NCBI GenBank assembly: GCA_037144045.1 | Contig: JBAWXN010000001.1 | Location: 66,487-130,486, forward strand | Length of the DNA: 64,000 bases | Direction of reading: 5' to 3' | Source: a bacterium | GTDB lineage: Bacteria; Patescibacteriota; Minisyncoccia; Phycocordibacterales; UBA1006 | In this document: positions 51,734-61,110 of the stretch, piece after piece | Layout: each line of letters begins with the position of its first letter | How positions within the stretch are numbered: position 1 is the stretch's first letter | The notes under the pieces: model-generated | What the model was told of the DNA's origin: nothing | Seen by the model: the letters and a program-made list of their open reading frames with translations, nothing else | Databases searched by the model: none | Position numbers and translations under genes: made by a program

Positions 51734-52810
51734 ATGTTTACGTGGTTGTCAAAACAGATAAAACCAGGAATCGGGAAAAAAGTATTCGTAGGAGTTTCGG
51801 GAGGGGTTGATTCCTCGGTGGCGCTTGCGTTACTTCAAGACCAAGGCTATGACGTAGTCGGGGTTTTTATTCGTACCTGGCAACCTGATTTTATTGAATG
51901 TACGTGGCGTGATGAACGACGCGATGCCATGCGGGTGTGTGCACATCTAGGTGTTCCATTTGTCGAGCTTGATTTAGAGCATGAATATAAAGAAGGAGTT
52001 GCTGATTATATGATTGCAGAATATAAAAAAGGTCGAACCCCTAATCCTGACGTGATGTGTAACCGAGAAGTAAAGTTCGGGGGATTTTTAACGTGGGCAC
52101 TTGCACAAGGTGCTGATTATGTAGCGACGGGGCACTATGCGCAAAATAATAATGGTGAACTTGTGAAGGGAATTGATCAATCAAAAGACCAGTCTTATTT
52201 TTTATGGACATTAACCCCTGAGCAGTTGAAACATATTTTGTTTCCTGTGGGAAATTTACCTAAGACCAAGGTACGCAAACTTGCGCGGAAATATCGTTTA
52301 CCGACAGCGGTAAAAAAAGATTCCCAGGGAGTATGTTTTATTGGCGAGATTGATATGAAGGAATTTTTGAAGCATTACATCGGATCGGATACAGGGCTAG
52401 TGACCAATGAGCACGGTGAAGTTGTTGGACAACATGAAGGGGTGTTGTTGTATACACTAGGTGAGCGTCATGGGTTTACTATTACCAAGAAGACAACTTC
52501 GGATAAACCTTATTATGTTATTGCAAAAGATATTAAAAATAATAAATTAGTAGTTTCGCAGAATCCTCAATCAACAGTCATAGATAGTCAGGTTCACCTC
52601 GAGCAATGCGTGTGGCGTGTTCATCCTAATTCGAAACAGTATACTGTTCAAATTAGGTACCACGGTGCACTTAAAGAAGTACATATGAGTCATGTAACTA
52701 ATACAAACGCGTTAGTTCACTTTACTGAATCGGATTTTTCATTAGCTCCTGGTCAATCCGTGGTAATTTTTGACGGTGCGGTATGTATTGGAGGAGGTAT
52801 TGTTGCCTAG
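51734..52810 (+). CDS. mnmA: tRNA-specific 2-thiouridylase MnmA
   Basis: PP-loop VFVGVSGGVDSSVALALL, catalytic Cys region and C-terminal beta-barrel. Confidence 0.85.
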   Translation: MFTWLSKQIKPGIGKKVFVGVSGGVDSSVALALLQDQGYDVVGVFIRTWQPDFIECTWRDERRDAMRVCAHLGVPFVELDLEHEYKEGVADYMIAEYKKGRTPNPDVMCNREVKFGGFLTWALAQGADYVATGHYAQNNNGELVKGIDQSKDQSYFLWTLTPEQLKHILFPVGNLPKTKVRKLARKYRLPTAVKKDSQGVCFIGEIDMKEFLKHYIGSDTGLVTNEHGEVVGQHEGVLLYTLGERHGFTITKKTTSDKPYYVIAKDIKNNKLVVSQNPQSTVIDSQVHLEQCVWRVHPNSKQYTVQIRYHGALKEVHMSHVTNTNALVHFTESDFSLAPGQSVVIFDGAVCIGGGIVA

Positions 52811-52848
52811 TGCGTTTCTTTTTTAAAATAGTTTGCTATAGTGGTCCC

Positions 52849-53904
52849 ATGAAGTTGGCAAAGAAAATTCTTATCATAGGCATGCTTGCCTTTTGTTGTA
52901 TCGGAATAGTGTTTACGGGAGTGTTTATTGCAATGCAGTTTGGGTGGTTAAATGTGAGGGGAACAATCGCCGAGAGAAACAATTCAATATACAGCGCAAG
53001 GCTACTGGTAAAAAATAAATCCACATCAAATGATGATTCACAAGCAGTGATTTTATGTAAAATTCATGCATTATCAAATATGGCACCTGAAACGGCGCGG
53101 AATATTTATAATACGTATCAAGTGAAGCAGGATAGTATTTTGATCAATCAAATGCTTGATGTTGCACAGAAAAGGTTTTTAGATACGAACCTTCCTACCG
53201 TGTTTACCACATGTGCGCATGCATTAATTCCTGACACAACACCGCTCGCACAAAGCGCTTTTGCTTGGGCAGATTCGCAAGAATGGGGTGTGATTCGTTC
53301 AGCATTTATTCGTGATCAAGATATTATTCGACAAGCAGCAAAAGATGCAGGAATTTCACCGCGATTACTCCTCGGGGGAATCATTGGTGAACAGTTTAGA
53401 TTTTTCACGAATTCACGCGATACGTTTAAATCATATTTTGAACCATTAAAAATTTTGGCATCGCTCTCAAAATTTTCGTATGGAATTGCAGGGCTTAAAC
53501 CAGAAACAGCATTGCGTGTCGAGCAAAATCTAAAAAATCCAGAATCAGTGTTCTATTTAGGTAAAGATATGGAAAACGTTATTACATATCCAGAAGGGAG
53601 TATCGAAGACACGGTACGTTTTGATAGAATTACTGATACTAAAAATACCTACTATTCCTATTTGTACGCGGGATTGTTTATGCGCCAAGTAATGGCACAA
53701 TGGAAAAAATCAGGATATGATATTTCTAATCGTCCTGAAGTATTATCGACATTGTACAATCTTGGATTTAATCGTTCGATACCTAAAGCTGATCCAGGTG
53801 CAGGTGGTGCACCGATCACAGTGAATGGAATTGAATATAATTTTGGACAACTTGGTTATGAATTTTATTATTCAGGTGAACTCTCGCAGGAATTTCCTTA
53901 TTGA
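52849..53904 (+). CDS. hypothetical membrane-anchored protein (352 aa)
   Basis: Starts at MKLAKKILIIGMLAFCCIGIVF (TM helix); the ORF track's 52783 start overlaps mnmA. No motif recognised. Confidence 0.45.
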   Translation: MKLAKKILIIGMLAFCCIGIVFTGVFIAMQFGWLNVRGTIAERNNSIYSARLLVKNKSTSNDDSQAVILCKIHALSNMAPETARNIYNTYQVKQDSILINQMLDVAQKRFLDTNLPTVFTTCAHALIPDTTPLAQSAFAWADSQEWGVIRSAFIRDQDIIRQAAKDAGISPRLLLGGIIGEQFRFFTNSRDTFKSYFEPLKILASLSKFSYGIAGLKPETALRVEQNLKNPESVFYLGKDMENVITYPEGSIEDTVRFDRITDTKNTYYSYLYAGLFMRQVMAQWKKSGYDISNRPEVLSTLYNLGFNRSIPKADPGAGGAPITVNGIEYNFGQLGYEFYYSGELSQEFPY

Positions 53905-54494
53905 TATACCCAGAAACACTTGCATTCGTTTGCAAGTGTTTTATAATGAACTCATATATGTTCAATCAAATTTTCGATCCACAATTTATTTTATTCATTT
54001 GTAAATTATCACTTGCTATGGTGCTCGGTCTTGTTCTTGGACTTGAACGAGTGTATGCACATAAAACGGCGGGCATGCGAACGTATGCACTGGTGTCCGT
54101 TGCTTCAGCTGCATTCACCATGGTGTCATTGTTTATCGGAGAAAATTTTATTCAATTTTCTGCCGGATTCAATCCAGCGTTTATCGCAGGTAATATTATT
54201 GTAGGAATTGGATTCCTTGGTGCAGGTCTTATTTTACACAAAGATGGACATATCGAAAACCTTACCACCGCGGCAGGTATTTGGGCATGTGCAGGAATCG
54301 GAATGATGATTGGATTCGGAATGATCAAAGAAGCCTTGTTTATGAGTATTTTGATCTTCTTCGTACTTGGGGTTATGTCAGTAATTGAACGCTTTGTACG
54401 ACTCACTTTTTTCCCAGATCCTATGATTGATGAAGTAGTTGCACCTAAAAAAGTTCGCGCTTCACGTAAAAAAATTATAGAAGATAACGATTAG
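53901..54494 (+). CDS. MgtC/SapB family membrane protein
   Basis: MgtC N-domain signature LSLAMVLGLVLGLERVYAHKTAGMRTYALVSVASAAF. Confidence 0.7.
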   Translation: MIYPETLAFVCKCFIMNSYMFNQIFDPQFILFICKLSLAMVLGLVLGLERVYAHKTAGMRTYALVSVASAAFTMVSLFIGENFIQFSAGFNPAFIAGNIIVGIGFLGAGLILHKDGHIENLTTAAGIWACAGIGMMIGFGMIKEALFMSILIFFVLGVMSVIERFVRLTFFPDPMIDEVVAPKKVRASRKKIIEDND

Positions 54495-54499
54495 TATAA

Positions 54500-54527
54500 A
54501 AAGCTCCCTAATGAGGAGTTTTTTGGT
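54500..54527 (+). terminator. rho-independent terminator
   Basis: aaaagctccctaatgaggagttttttgg. Confidence 0.75.
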
Positions 54528-54591
54528 GTACTTGTCTTTTTGGTTTTCCTATGGTATTGTGCCTAAAATTTAAACTAAAAAATAAATAGAT

Positions 54592-55758
54592 ATGAAACAG
54601 GATGTAAACTTAGATGTGGGAAACAGCTTCAGTGCTTTTGCTCATAGAATTAATCAGGGTTCTTATTTTAACTCTCCATTTGTAACAGTAAAAGAGAGTG
54701 AGATAGGGGGGTTCCGTAGTTCTAAAGGATATCGTTTGCAAGGATTGCCAGTAGATATCTGGAACACGGCAGGCATGGACGGTATTGGAACTAAAGTGCT
54801 TATATCAGACGCAGCCAAAATGTATGAAACATCTGCAGCAGATTTAGTTGCAATGGTTTGTGGAGATATTACTCGAAAAGGAGGATTACCTCTCATTATG
54901 ATGAATGTGCTTAATGTAGCATCCCTAGACACTCATGAGTATATTACTGCAGCGCAGCAGCTCATGCGTGGATTGGGTGAATATGCAAAACAGCAGCACC
55001 TAGTACTTTTTAATGGTGAAACCGCAGAGCTTAAAGGTTTAGGGTTAGCTGATTCAGCACCACAGTTCAGTTATTTATGGGAATCTGCCGGTATTGGTGT
55101 GTTTCGTGAATCAACTGAAATTACTGGGGCATCAATTCGTCCCGGTCAAACCATAATTGCTTTTCAGGACAAAAGTCCTGGGAGTAATGGTATTACCGAA
55201 CTTCGAAGAGGACTTGCAAAAATGCATGGAACTGAATGGTGGAATAATCCTGACGCAGTAAGTGATATTGCAGCTGCGGCCATGCCTTGCACTCTGTATG
55301 ATAGATTTTTAACTCACCTTAACGGGTGGTATAACAATGACTTCGTACCTACTATTAAAGTACATGGAATAGCTCATATTTCCGGAGGAGGTATCCCTGA
55401 TAAACTTGCAGGTGATTTACTCTTTTCTCAAGGGTATGGAGCTGATCTGGATAACCTCTTTGATCCGCCTGCTATTTTCCAAAAAGTTGCAAAGGCTCGC
55501 GAAATCGATTTTTCTACCATGAAAAATCGCGACTATTTGAAACGGTTGTATGATATGTGGCATGGTGGACAACGTCTTCTTGTTATTGTTGATGAGCAAG
55601 ATGTTGATCTGTGTTTACAAATTGCAGTAAAACATAATCTGGTGGCACAAATAGCAGGTGTTGTAACGGATACTCCGGTACTCAAAATAAAGTCTAAGTA
55701 TGAACTATATAATGACTTTGAAATACTATTTGATTCGGACGATCTTGTTCGGATTTAA
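54592..55758 (+). CDS. AIR-synthase-related (PurM-like) protein
   Basis: DGIGTKV and DLVAMVCGDI blocks align with PurM (DGVGTKL, DLVAMCVNDL). GETAELKG also fits. Length 388 aa. Confidence 0.6.
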   Translation: MKQDVNLDVGNSFSAFAHRINQGSYFNSPFVTVKESEIGGFRSSKGYRLQGLPVDIWNTAGMDGIGTKVLISDAAKMYETSAADLVAMVCGDITRKGGLPLIMMNVLNVASLDTHEYITAAQQLMRGLGEYAKQQHLVLFNGETAELKGLGLADSAPQFSYLWESAGIGVFRESTEITGASIRPGQTIIAFQDKSPGSNGITELRRGLAKMHGTEWWNNPDAVSDIAAAAMPCTLYDRFLTHLNGWYNNDFVPTIKVHGIAHISGGGIPDKLAGDLLFSQGYGADLDNLFDPPAIFQKVAKAREIDFSTMKNRDYLKRLYDMWHGGQRLLVIVDEQDVDLCLQIAVKHNLVAQIAGVVTDTPVLKIKSKYELYNDFEILFDSDDLVRI

Positions 55759-55766
55759 AAATGTAA

Positions 55767-55795
55767 AGGCGCTTGTAAGAGCGCCTTTTTTTGTT
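55767..55795 (+). terminator. rho-independent terminator
   Basis: aaaggcgcttgtaagagcgcctttttttg. Confidence 0.8.
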
Positions 55796-55823
55796 TGCCG
55801 AAATATGGTAGGGTAGTCATATT

Positions 55824-57563
55824 ATGTTGTCATCAGAAATCCGCTTTCGATTCCTCGAATTCTTTAAAAAACGAGGGCATGCTATTTTACCTTCAGCTTC
55901 ACTCGTTCCTGAAAATGACCCTTCGGTGCTTTTTAATACTGCGGGAATGCAACCCCTGGTTCCTTATTTAATGGGGCAAAAACATCCATTAGGAACTCGT
56001 TTAGCAAGTGCACAAAAATGTGTACGTACGGGTGATATTGAAGAAGTCGGTAACCATAAAAACCTGACCTTTTTTGAAATGCTGGGAAATTGGTCACTTG
56101 GCGATTATTTCAAAGAGGAAGCGATTGCGTGGAGTTACGAATTTCTCACAAGTAAAAAAGAAGGGCTTGGATTTGATCCTGCACGACTTTATGTAACCGT
56201 GTTTGAAGGTGATGATGATGCGCCTCGTGATTTAGAAGCGGTAGAAATTTGGAAAAAATATATTCCTGAAAACCGTATCTATTTTTTGCCTAAGAAAAAC
56301 AACTGGTGGAGTCCTGGTGACAATGGTCCATGTGGTCCAGACACTGAAATGTTTTATGATGTAACTCCTCATGGATTAGGTGATATGACTCATGACGAAT
56401 ATGTAACAGCTGATGACCAGGGGGAGGTGGTTGAAATTTGGAATGATGTATTCATGGAATACGAGAAAAAAGACGGATCGGTAATCGGAAAGCTTTCTCA
56501 AAAAAATGTAGACACAGGCTCTGGATTAGAACGAGTTACCATGATTGTTCAAGGGAAATCTAATGTATACGATTGTGATTTATTTGCACCTGCAATGAGT
56601 TACATTAAAGAACATTCTGTAAATTATTCTGAACGTGCAGCACGAATCGTGGCTGATCATTTACGCAGTAGTTTGTTTATGGTAGGTGATGGGGTATTTC
56701 CATCAAATAAAGATCAAGGATATATTGTGCGTCGTTTAGTACGTCGTGCTGCAGTGCAGGCCCAGAAGCTTGGATTGCCAGATGCTGCGCTTGCAGAGAT
56801 TTTGAAATTATTCCAAGGTGTTTATGGTGACTCGTATACTGAGATACAACCAGTAACAGTAATTGAAACTATTTTAAATGAAATAAATAAATTTCAGAAA
56901 ACTATCACGGCTGGACTTAAAGAATTTGCCAAAGGGGTGGAACCGTTCCTTTTAGCGACAACCTATGGATTTCCTATTGAACTTACCGAAGAACTTGCGT
57001 TAGAACAAGGAATTACTATCGATCGGCAAAAGTTCGATGAGCAAATGACAGAACATCAGGCGAAATCACGCGCAGGGGCCGAACAGAAATTTAAAGGGGG
57101 GCTCGGTGGAACATCTGACAAAATTGTACGTTCACATACAGCGCATCATTTATTACTTGCCGCATTACGTAAAGTACTTGGTGAACACGTACATCAACGA
57201 GGAAGTAATATTACCGAAGAACGTATTCGTATCGATTTTGCCCATGATACAAAAATGACCGATGAACAAAAAACAGCGGTTGAACAGCAGGTTAATGAAT
57301 GGATCAAAGCAGACCTTCCTATGCAGCGTGTTGAAATGCCGCGCGCAGCAGCTGAAACGATAGGTGCTGAAATGGAATTTGGTATTAAATATCCCGATAC
57401 TGTTTCTGTTTACTATATTGGATCTGATCTAGACCATGCCATCTCAAAAGAATTCTGTGGTGGTCCTCATAGTGACCATACTGGAATTATTGGAATGTTT
57501 AAGATTCAAAAAGAAGAAGCATCATCATCGGGGGTTCGTAGAATTAAAGCAGTTATTGAATAA
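55824..57563 (+). CDS. alaS: alanyl-tRNA synthetase, C-terminally short form (catalytic, tRNA-recognition and editing domains)
   Basis: AlaRS N-terminal block FFKKRGHAILPSASLVP..., GNWSLGDYFK, editing-site HTAHHLL...CGGPH. Only 579 aa. Confidence 0.85.
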   Translation: MLSSEIRFRFLEFFKKRGHAILPSASLVPENDPSVLFNTAGMQPLVPYLMGQKHPLGTRLASAQKCVRTGDIEEVGNHKNLTFFEMLGNWSLGDYFKEEAIAWSYEFLTSKKEGLGFDPARLYVTVFEGDDDAPRDLEAVEIWKKYIPENRIYFLPKKNNWWSPGDNGPCGPDTEMFYDVTPHGLGDMTHDEYVTADDQGEVVEIWNDVFMEYEKKDGSVIGKLSQKNVDTGSGLERVTMIVQGKSNVYDCDLFAPAMSYIKEHSVNYSERAARIVADHLRSSLFMVGDGVFPSNKDQGYIVRRLVRRAAVQAQKLGLPDAALAEILKLFQGVYGDSYTEIQPVTVIETILNEINKFQKTITAGLKEFAKGVEPFLLATTYGFPIELTEELALEQGITIDRQKFDEQMTEHQAKSRAGAEQKFKGGLGGTSDKIVRSHTAHHLLLAALRKVLGEHVHQRGSNITEERIRIDFAHDTKMTDEQKTAVEQQVNEWIKADLPMQRVEMPRAAAETIGAEMEFGIKYPDTVSVYYIGSDLDHAISKEFCGGPHSDHTGIIGMFKIQKEEASSSGVRRIKAVIE

Positions 57564-57565
57564 AA

Positions 57566-57592
57566 ACCCGAAAGGGATTTTATTCTTGCATT
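57566..57592 (+). terminator. rho-independent terminator
   Basis: aaaaacccgaaagggattttattc. Confidence 0.7.
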
Positions 57593-57628
57593 ACTCATTC
57601 ATTCCTTGATATAATCTATTGTATTATT

Positions 57629-60025
57629 ATGCAACCTTTCTTTCGCAAAACCCTCACGGTTTCTTTTTCACTCCTCAGTATCCTCGGCTACGGCCTCTTC
57701 GTCTTCGCCGCAGCACCAACGGGAGGCTACCTTCCCGCTCAAACTCTCAACCCTAATTGTGCACCCGGAGACACAGATTGTTTCGTAAAGGCACTCGTTG
57801 TAACAACCAGTAGTACCTACAACTGGATAGGGGAAGGTTCAGGAGACAATGGGGGTTCAACTGACAACACGGTATTCATTGGTATTGGAGCAGGAGACAA
57901 TGCAGACAACGCAGATTACTCTAACTTCGTAGGAACAGGAGCAGGAGAGAACGCAACGAACGCGAACAACTCTAACTTCTTCGGACAACTCGCTGGATGT
58001 AATGCAACCAATGCAGACAATGCTAACTTCTTCGGACAAGAAGCAGGATGTTATGCAACCAACGCAAACAACGCTAACTTCTTCGGTTACCGTTCTGGTT
58101 ACCAAGCTACGAACGCAGACCACTCTACGTTCTTCGGAGACGAAGCAGGTATTAACGCATCTTCTGCGTATTCTTCATCGTTTGTTGGATCTTCTGCGGG
58201 AGCGAATGCGACTAATGCGTACCAATCTAACTTCTTCGGAAGTGATGCGGGTTATGGGGCAGTGAACGCCAATGATTCATCTTTCCTAGGATACCGAGCG
58301 GGGTATGAGGCGACGGATGCAACATCGTCGTTCTTTGCAGGGAACCAAGCGGGGTACCAGGCATATGGAGCAGACACTTCAGTGTTTATTGGTAACCAGG
58401 CGGGATACAACGATTCAGGAACTCTTGATTTCCTTACGGCTGCTTCAAATCCATTTGGGATTTCTGGCGGATCTAATTTTATTGGAGTTCAAGCTGGATA
58501 CGGAGCCGAAGGTGCTGTACAGTCTACATTTATGGGGACACAGGCAGGATACAAAGCCAATACAGCATTGGGATCAACTGTTATTGGATTTCTAGCAGGT
58601 AGTAATGCTAATTACTCAACTTCCCTAACACCAACCCTAGAAGCATCGGTAGTACTTGGTGCACTTGCTGGGTCTAATACTCAACGTACTAGTACTAATG
58701 TTATTATTGGAAATACTGCGGGTACAGAACTTAATTTCGCAAAAAGTTCGGTACTTATTGGTAACGCCTCTGGAAAAAATGGGGCAACCATTTTTGGAAC
58801 GTTAGGAATAGGTGGGGGAGCACTTCAAGATTCTATGCGTATTAATGAGAGTGTTATTCTCGGAAGAGGTACTGCTTCAAATGCGTCCGATATTAATAAT
58901 GCGGTCATTGTTGGTGCTAATGCAGCCTCTAGTTCTGCAATTGGAAATAGTTTAACTAGAGTAAATTATACACCAGTTTCCGGAACGTTTATCCCAGGTG
59001 AAACAATTATTGGTATGCCGAGCAATTTTTACGCACGAGTTATCACTGATAATGGATCACAACTGGAAATTGACTATTTATATACCAGTTACAACCCAGG
59101 AGAAACAATCACTGGGCAAGATTCAGGTGCTATCGCAACGGTTACCTCAGTAATACAAGGGACAACTACAATACTTATTGGAACAAATACATTTAGTAAT
59201 GGATATCAAGATTCTATTGCGTTAGGTACTGGTGCGAGTAATTCATCTAATAACCAACTCATGATCGGTTCTCAAACTTCACCCATCAACGAAGTCCGCA
59301 TCGAACAAGCAGGAGGAACCAACTGTACGATCACCAGCATCGGACTCAACTGTACGTCAGACGAAAACTTAAAAACCAACATTGCTGACCTTTCACCTAA
59401 CGTCCTTGATCCACTCAGTAGAGTACGTACCGTAACTTACAATTGGAAATCACAGCCAAGTGGTAAGCGTATGATTGGATTCTTGGCTCAAGACCTTGAA
59501 CAGTATTTCCCTGAACTCGTTACTACTGATAGTAAAGGTCAGAAATCAGTAAACTACGCCAACATCACCCCAGTATTGGTTGAAGCGGTGAGAGAGCTTA
59601 ATGTGAAGTTAATGAATATAAATACGTCAGCACAAAAAATCCTCGAAGATGAAGGATTCTTGTCAGGGTTACGTAATTGGCTTGCAAGTACCACTAACGG
59701 TATTACGCAAATCGTTGCAAATACGTTTACTGGTCAAAAAGTAGAAGTCCAGCAGTTATGTGTTGGGACTACGTGTCTTAATCAAGACCAAGTAGATCAA
59801 ATTATTCGAGTAGTAAATCAATCAGCCGGGGCAGTTCCTATTGTTTCGCCAAGTCCTACGCCATCAGGAACAACTACTGACGATAGTGCTGCACCTGATT
59901 CAGGTTCTAGTACTACAACAGATGGTAGTAGTACCGACGGAGTACCTACGGCTCCCGAGGTTGTACCTCCGCCTACTGTTCCAGATCCTGTACCTGAGGA
60001 AAATCCTCCGGTGGAAGGTGTTTAA
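57629..60025 (+). CDS. secreted tail-fibre-like repeat protein with C-terminal peptidase-S74 intramolecular-chaperone domain and Pro/Thr-rich tail
   Basis: Signal peptide. About 15 degenerate 17-18-aa repeats (SNFFGxxAGxxATNAxN). S74/chaperone-of-endosialidase-like block LKTNIADLSPNVLDPLSRVRTVTYNWKS...RMIGFLAQDLEQYFPELV...VNYANITPVLVEAVRELNVKL. Then PT-rich C-terminus. Confidence 0.65.
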   Translation: MQPFFRKTLTVSFSLLSILGYGLFVFAAAPTGGYLPAQTLNPNCAPGDTDCFVKALVVTTSSTYNWIGEGSGDNGGSTDNTVFIGIGAGDNADNADYSNFVGTGAGENATNANNSNFFGQLAGCNATNADNANFFGQEAGCYATNANNANFFGYRSGYQATNADHSTFFGDEAGINASSAYSSSFVGSSAGANATNAYQSNFFGSDAGYGAVNANDSSFLGYRAGYEATDATSSFFAGNQAGYQAYGADTSVFIGNQAGYNDSGTLDFLTAASNPFGISGGSNFIGVQAGYGAEGAVQSTFMGTQAGYKANTALGSTVIGFLAGSNANYSTSLTPTLEASVVLGALAGSNTQRTSTNVIIGNTAGTELNFAKSSVLIGNASGKNGATIFGTLGIGGGALQDSMRINESVILGRGTASNASDINNAVIVGANAASSSAIGNSLTRVNYTPVSGTFIPGETIIGMPSNFYARVITDNGSQLEIDYLYTSYNPGETITGQDSGAIATVTSVIQGTTTILIGTNTFSNGYQDSIALGTGASNSSNNQLMIGSQTSPINEVRIEQAGGTNCTITSIGLNCTSDENLKTNIADLSPNVLDPLSRVRTVTYNWKSQPSGKRMIGFLAQDLEQYFPELVTTDSKGQKSVNYANITPVLVEAVRELNVKLMNINTSAQKILEDEGFLSGLRNWLASTTNGITQIVANTFTGQKVEVQQLCVGTTCLNQDQVDQIIRVVNQSAGAVPIVSPSPTPSGTTTDDSAAPDSGSSTTTDGSSTDGVPTAPEVVPPPTVPDPVPEENPPVEGV
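57890..58420 (+). repeat. tandem ~54-bp coding repeats inside the tail-fibre-like gene
   Basis: Recurrent units such as aacgc(a/g)aacaa(c/t)gctaacttcttcgga...gcagg...gcaac(c/g)aa(c/t)gca are visible in the sequence. Confidence 0.6.
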
Positions 60026-61007
60026 AAAAGTCTTCGACATAGGGATACATAGTATCGCCAGCAAGAAATACGATATCAATAGTTCCTGTAGTGTTTCGGA
60101 GTTCGTTTAAATTACCAGCTTGTTTTCTGGATTTAATATATGAATAAATACCAGCAAGTTGCATACCTGTTGAAGGTCCTACAAATAAACCTAAACGAAT
60201 CATTTTCAAAGCCAGCGCATATGCTGGTTTTGTTGTTATGGGAATTTCTTTATCTACAACTTGTTGCCAAGGGAAAGCTAATTTTTTTACTGCAATTTCA
60301 CCGCGGGGTCCTGGAATACTTGATCCGTCTTTGATTGATATTCCGACTACTTGGATTTTTTTATTTTTATTTTTAAAGAATCGCCCTAATCCATATATAG
60401 TTCCACTGGTACCGATACTGTTAACAATTACGGAAATATTTTTACCTAACTGTTTCCATAATTCCGCGGCGATATATTTTTCTGATCCGTTTGGATTTGC
60501 AGGTGTTGTGTACTGGTTAAAATTATGCCAACCCCTTTTCTTACCTAATTGTTGCGCGTTCCAAATACCTCCCACAGTATCATATACGCCCGGACTTGAA
60601 GGTCCGTCGGTAATTAATAACTGAGTTCCCACAAGTTGCAGTATTCGTTTTTTATACTCAGGAACATCAGGTGTTATAAGAGCATGAGTATGAGGGATAC
60701 CAAAATATTGTGCGAGAATTGTTAAAGAAAGTACTGTGTTTCCAGATGAATATTCCACAAGGTGTTTTATTGAGTTTACTTGCTCCAATGGGAGACTGTC
60801 GAGCATGTTCCGTGCTGGAATTGATTTAATATTAGTAAGGGGTAGTTGATTCATTAGTTTCACAAAAATGCGCACCTTGTCTTTTGTAAATGGATTGAGG
60901 GATTGAGGTAGTTCAACTAAAGGGAGTGGTCCGCACGACCCCGGCGTTAAATAATCAAAGAGTGCATTGTTTCCAGTAAAAATATGATGAGTGTTGTTAT
61001 TGGTCAT
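59973..61007 (-). CDS. PLP-dependent cysteine-synthase-family (PALP fold type II) enzyme
   Basis: PLP-lysine block NIKSIPARNML (compare CysK SVKCRIGANMI), SGNTVLSLTILAQYFGIP, and Gly-rich loop NSIGTSGTIYGLGRFFK. A TATACT -10 lies directly upstream of the ATG. Confidence 0.65.
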   Translation of the reverse strand: MTNNNTHHIFTGNNALFDYLTPGSCGPLPLVELPQSLNPFTKDKVRIFVKLMNQLPLTNIKSIPARNMLDSLPLEQVNSIKHLVEYSSGNTVLSLTILAQYFGIPHTHALITPDVPEYKKRILQLVGTQLLITDGPSSPGVYDTVGGIWNAQQLGKKRGWHNFNQYTTPANPNGSEKYIAAELWKQLGKNISVIVNSIGTSGTIYGLGRFFKNKNKKIQVVGISIKDGSSIPGPRGEIAVKKLAFPWQQVVDKEIPITTKPAYALALKMIRLGLFVGPSTGMQLAGIYSYIKSRKQAGNLNELRNTTGTIDIVFLAGDTMYPYVEDFFKHLPPEDFPQVQDLEQ

Positions 61008-61110
61008 ATTTTGAGTATAAAACTACACAAACCGTATGGTTGTGTATAAAAAAACTAAAAAAGTTAACATGAGGCGTGTCAAAAAAAATATTCTGATATA
61101 TAATACAGTC

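Noticed and set aside
57890-58420. Possible CRISPR-like or non-coding repeat array
   Set aside because: The repeats are in frame within a long ORF and encode a protein-level 18-aa periodicity. They have no spacer/repeat structure and no cas genes nearby.
58002-58595. Alternative-frame ORFs (87 and 96 aa) within the repeat region
   Set aside because: Frame-shifted translations of the tandem repeat, lying entirely inside the supported long ORF.
57629-61007. Prophage or mobile element around the tail-fibre-like gene
   Set aside because: Its neighbours are alaS and a cysteine-synthase-like gene. No capsid, terminase or integrase ORFs are present in the window.
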